Source: Chara braunii
Taxonomy: Eukaryota > Plantae > Charophyceae
Length of the DNA: 51,371 nt
NCBI GenBank assembly: GCA_003427395.1
Contig: BFEA01000029.1
Coordinates: 712,863 to 764,233 of the forward strand
Direction: 5' to 3'
Positions 49,295-51,371 of the stretch are shown here, piece by piece (the first letter of the stretch is position 1; each line of letters begins with the position of its first letter). Both the position numbers and the translations under genes were made by a program. Below the pieces are notes generated by a model. That model was not told the DNA's origin. It was given only the letters and a program-made list of their open reading frames with translations, and did no database searches.

Positions 49295-50872
49295 CTGCAA
49301 CGCAGCACCCACACGGTTGGACACAAAATCAAGCAAAGACACAATACCCATTCGTCAGCCTCCCTTTAACAGTGCACTGCGTGACAACAAAAACAACCAG
49401 AGTCAATTACAACCAACTACAAAAAACACGATGAACGTATCCTCTGCAGTGCAGAGAAATGGCGCTCAGATAAGTGTCTGCCAGATTGATAGAGCTGTTT
49501 GTAACTCCCTCGATCCAACAACACAGCCATATCCCATCGACAAGTTTCCATGCTCAAAATGAGTGTTCCTTTACCTTCACTGAGTAGTCGATCGATTTCC
49601 TTCACCCCCCCACCGTAGCTCCCCCTTCCCCCCACTCCTCTCCCCTTTCCACAATTTTTCTTTTTGGAAGGTAGACGATTCTTTCTCGCAGGAGTAGAGA
49701 ATCCTCCTTTTTTTTTTTTTTTTCCCCATTTGGCGAGTGGTGGACCGACGGTCCTGAAGTCACTCTGGCAAGTCGATCTGTGTGAGTATGTGTACACTAA
49801 GAAACGCTATGAGAGTGCAGACGATGCCGATTCTGATGATACAAACAACTTTAACAAAGTTGGACCTTGCATCAGAGCCAACGGTCGTCCATCAAGCACA
49901 GATCGGTTAAAAATAGAGAGAAGCAGATAAGACAGGACAGCATATCCCTACGGAGCCAAAAGGTGCGATAATATTTTTGCAAAGTTAAAGAGTAGCTTAG
50001 CTAGTAAAAATCAATCCACTCGCAGACGAGTAGTGCAAAAGGCCGTCAGCGGCAAAATGTCCAACGCGAGGAGCGATTTCGAAACAGAAGCAATTGACTC
50101 GTACATTTCAACATATCCCAAAAAAAGACAGTTAAGTTGACGTGGAACTTTTCTTTTTCCTCTTTCTTTAAGAAAAAAGGCATAGCATTCACACAGACGT
50201 CGACAACGGGGAGTAAGAACCGCGACCGTCCTTCCTAAGAAGATGAACTGATTTCTAAAAATAGCAACAGACGTCAGTGCGACGAAGTCGAAGACATCCG
50301 AACAAAATTGACGTACGAGGAAGAACACATCCATAAAGCAAGAATTTGAAAAACGCGCGAGAGATGAAATGCAAGACCTACTACCTCCAGAGAACGACCG
50401 AGACATTCAAAAGCATCAGCACCCTGGGATTGCCCCAAACCAACCAGAATGTCGATCAGTAGATTGGCAATTTGGCACTAAATCCAACGACTGAAACGAA
50501 TCGCAGGCATCATCTGACGTTGAGAAATCTCGCCTCTCTCAAAGCGTCTTCCTGGAAACGAACACATCTGACTCAGCACTCCTCTCCTCGATAGAATGCA
50601 GCACATCACTTATCCTAGGATAGATTAGCGGTGCGACGCTGTCGCAAGCTAATCACAACAGAAGCGGATCATGACAGCCAGAAGCCCACGGAGAGGTCAA
50701 CGACGAGGAAGCCCACGAGGCACAGAAACACAGATTCGATCGAGATTCGAGATGCCATAGGCGAAGAGTGCATCGGGGGAGAGAGGTAAGCAACGTGGCC
50801 GTCGTGACGACTATACGGCGACGTTACAGCAGGAGCAACGCCAGCAAATCCATGATACGCATCGGCTTGCAC

Positions 50873-51140
50873 TACGGCCTTATCCCGAACACAATGCACC
50901 ATCATCATGATTCGGTACAGCCTATATCATTCCAGTGCTGTGCAGCCGTGATGAGGTTGAGTAAGGCCTTATCCCGAACACAATGCACCATCATCATGAT
51001 TGGGTACAGCCTATATCATTCCAGTGCTGTGCAGCCGTGATGAGGTTGAGTACGGCCTTATCCCGAACACAATGCACCATCATCATGATTGGGTACAGCC
51101 TATATCATTCCAGTGCTGTGCAGCCGTGACGAGGTTGAGT
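50873..51140 (+). repeat. Three tandem copies of an 89-bp unit
   Basis: GGCCTTATCCCGAACACAATGCACC... starts at 50876, 50965 and 51054; the units are nearly identical. Confidence 0.95.
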
Positions 51141-51371
51141 TGTGCTCGGATGAACACTGTCGGCGATAGGATCTCGGGAAGCCAGACGGGCCAGTAACGG
51201 CTGCGGCTGAACACTCCAATTTCTGAACCGAACGGTTCTCATATCGGTCATTTTCTAATTGGCATTTAAAGACGAACAGAACAGAAAAAAAAAAAAAAAA
51301 AAAAAGACTGGTGGCGGGGCAATACTCTGTGGAAAAGACAATCCGCCACTTAGATGAAGGTGGCAGGAGCG

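Noticed and set aside
49295-49351. MGIVSLLDFVSNRVGAALQ as the true N-terminus of the DUF4332 protein
   Set aside because: It shows no family similarity and lies upstream of a good acceptor, so it is probably intronic. The nearby donor at ~49574 has an in-frame stop just upstream.
50873-51140. Hammerhead ribozyme or C/D snoRNA (GTGATGA motif)
   Set aside because: It lacks the CUGANGA/GAAA core and a box D CUGA.

Overview
Eukaryotic, repeat-dense window with assembly gaps at 14812-15780, 29295-30101 and 36894-37152. The retroelement style suggests a charophyte alga such as Chara; this is an inference from recall, not a search result. About 80% is nested mobile DNA. (i) A family of non-chromovirus Ty3/Gypsy elements (tRNA-Asp-type PBS, as in Athila) with very long LTRs of about 7 kb: a + strand LTR ending at 4525, and a - strand element spanning about 11496-41470 with a duplicated LTR-end/PBS/gag/PR block. 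(ii) An L1/Tx1-like LINE (4526-~8870) whose RT is cut by the first LTR. (iii) Several hAT-type MITEs with 8-bp TSDs, a long-TIR element and a pogo-like mini-MITE. The main oddities are a second, Gag-like ORF in the env position behind a splice acceptor, a degenerate spliced antisense gene inside the LTRs, and two related hairpin-rich RNA-like segments (~10.5-11.2 kb and ~43.4-43.7 kb). The only credible host coding sequence is the last exon of a bacterial-type DUF4332 helix-hairpin-helix gene (49034-49294, - strand). All alignments were done by eye.
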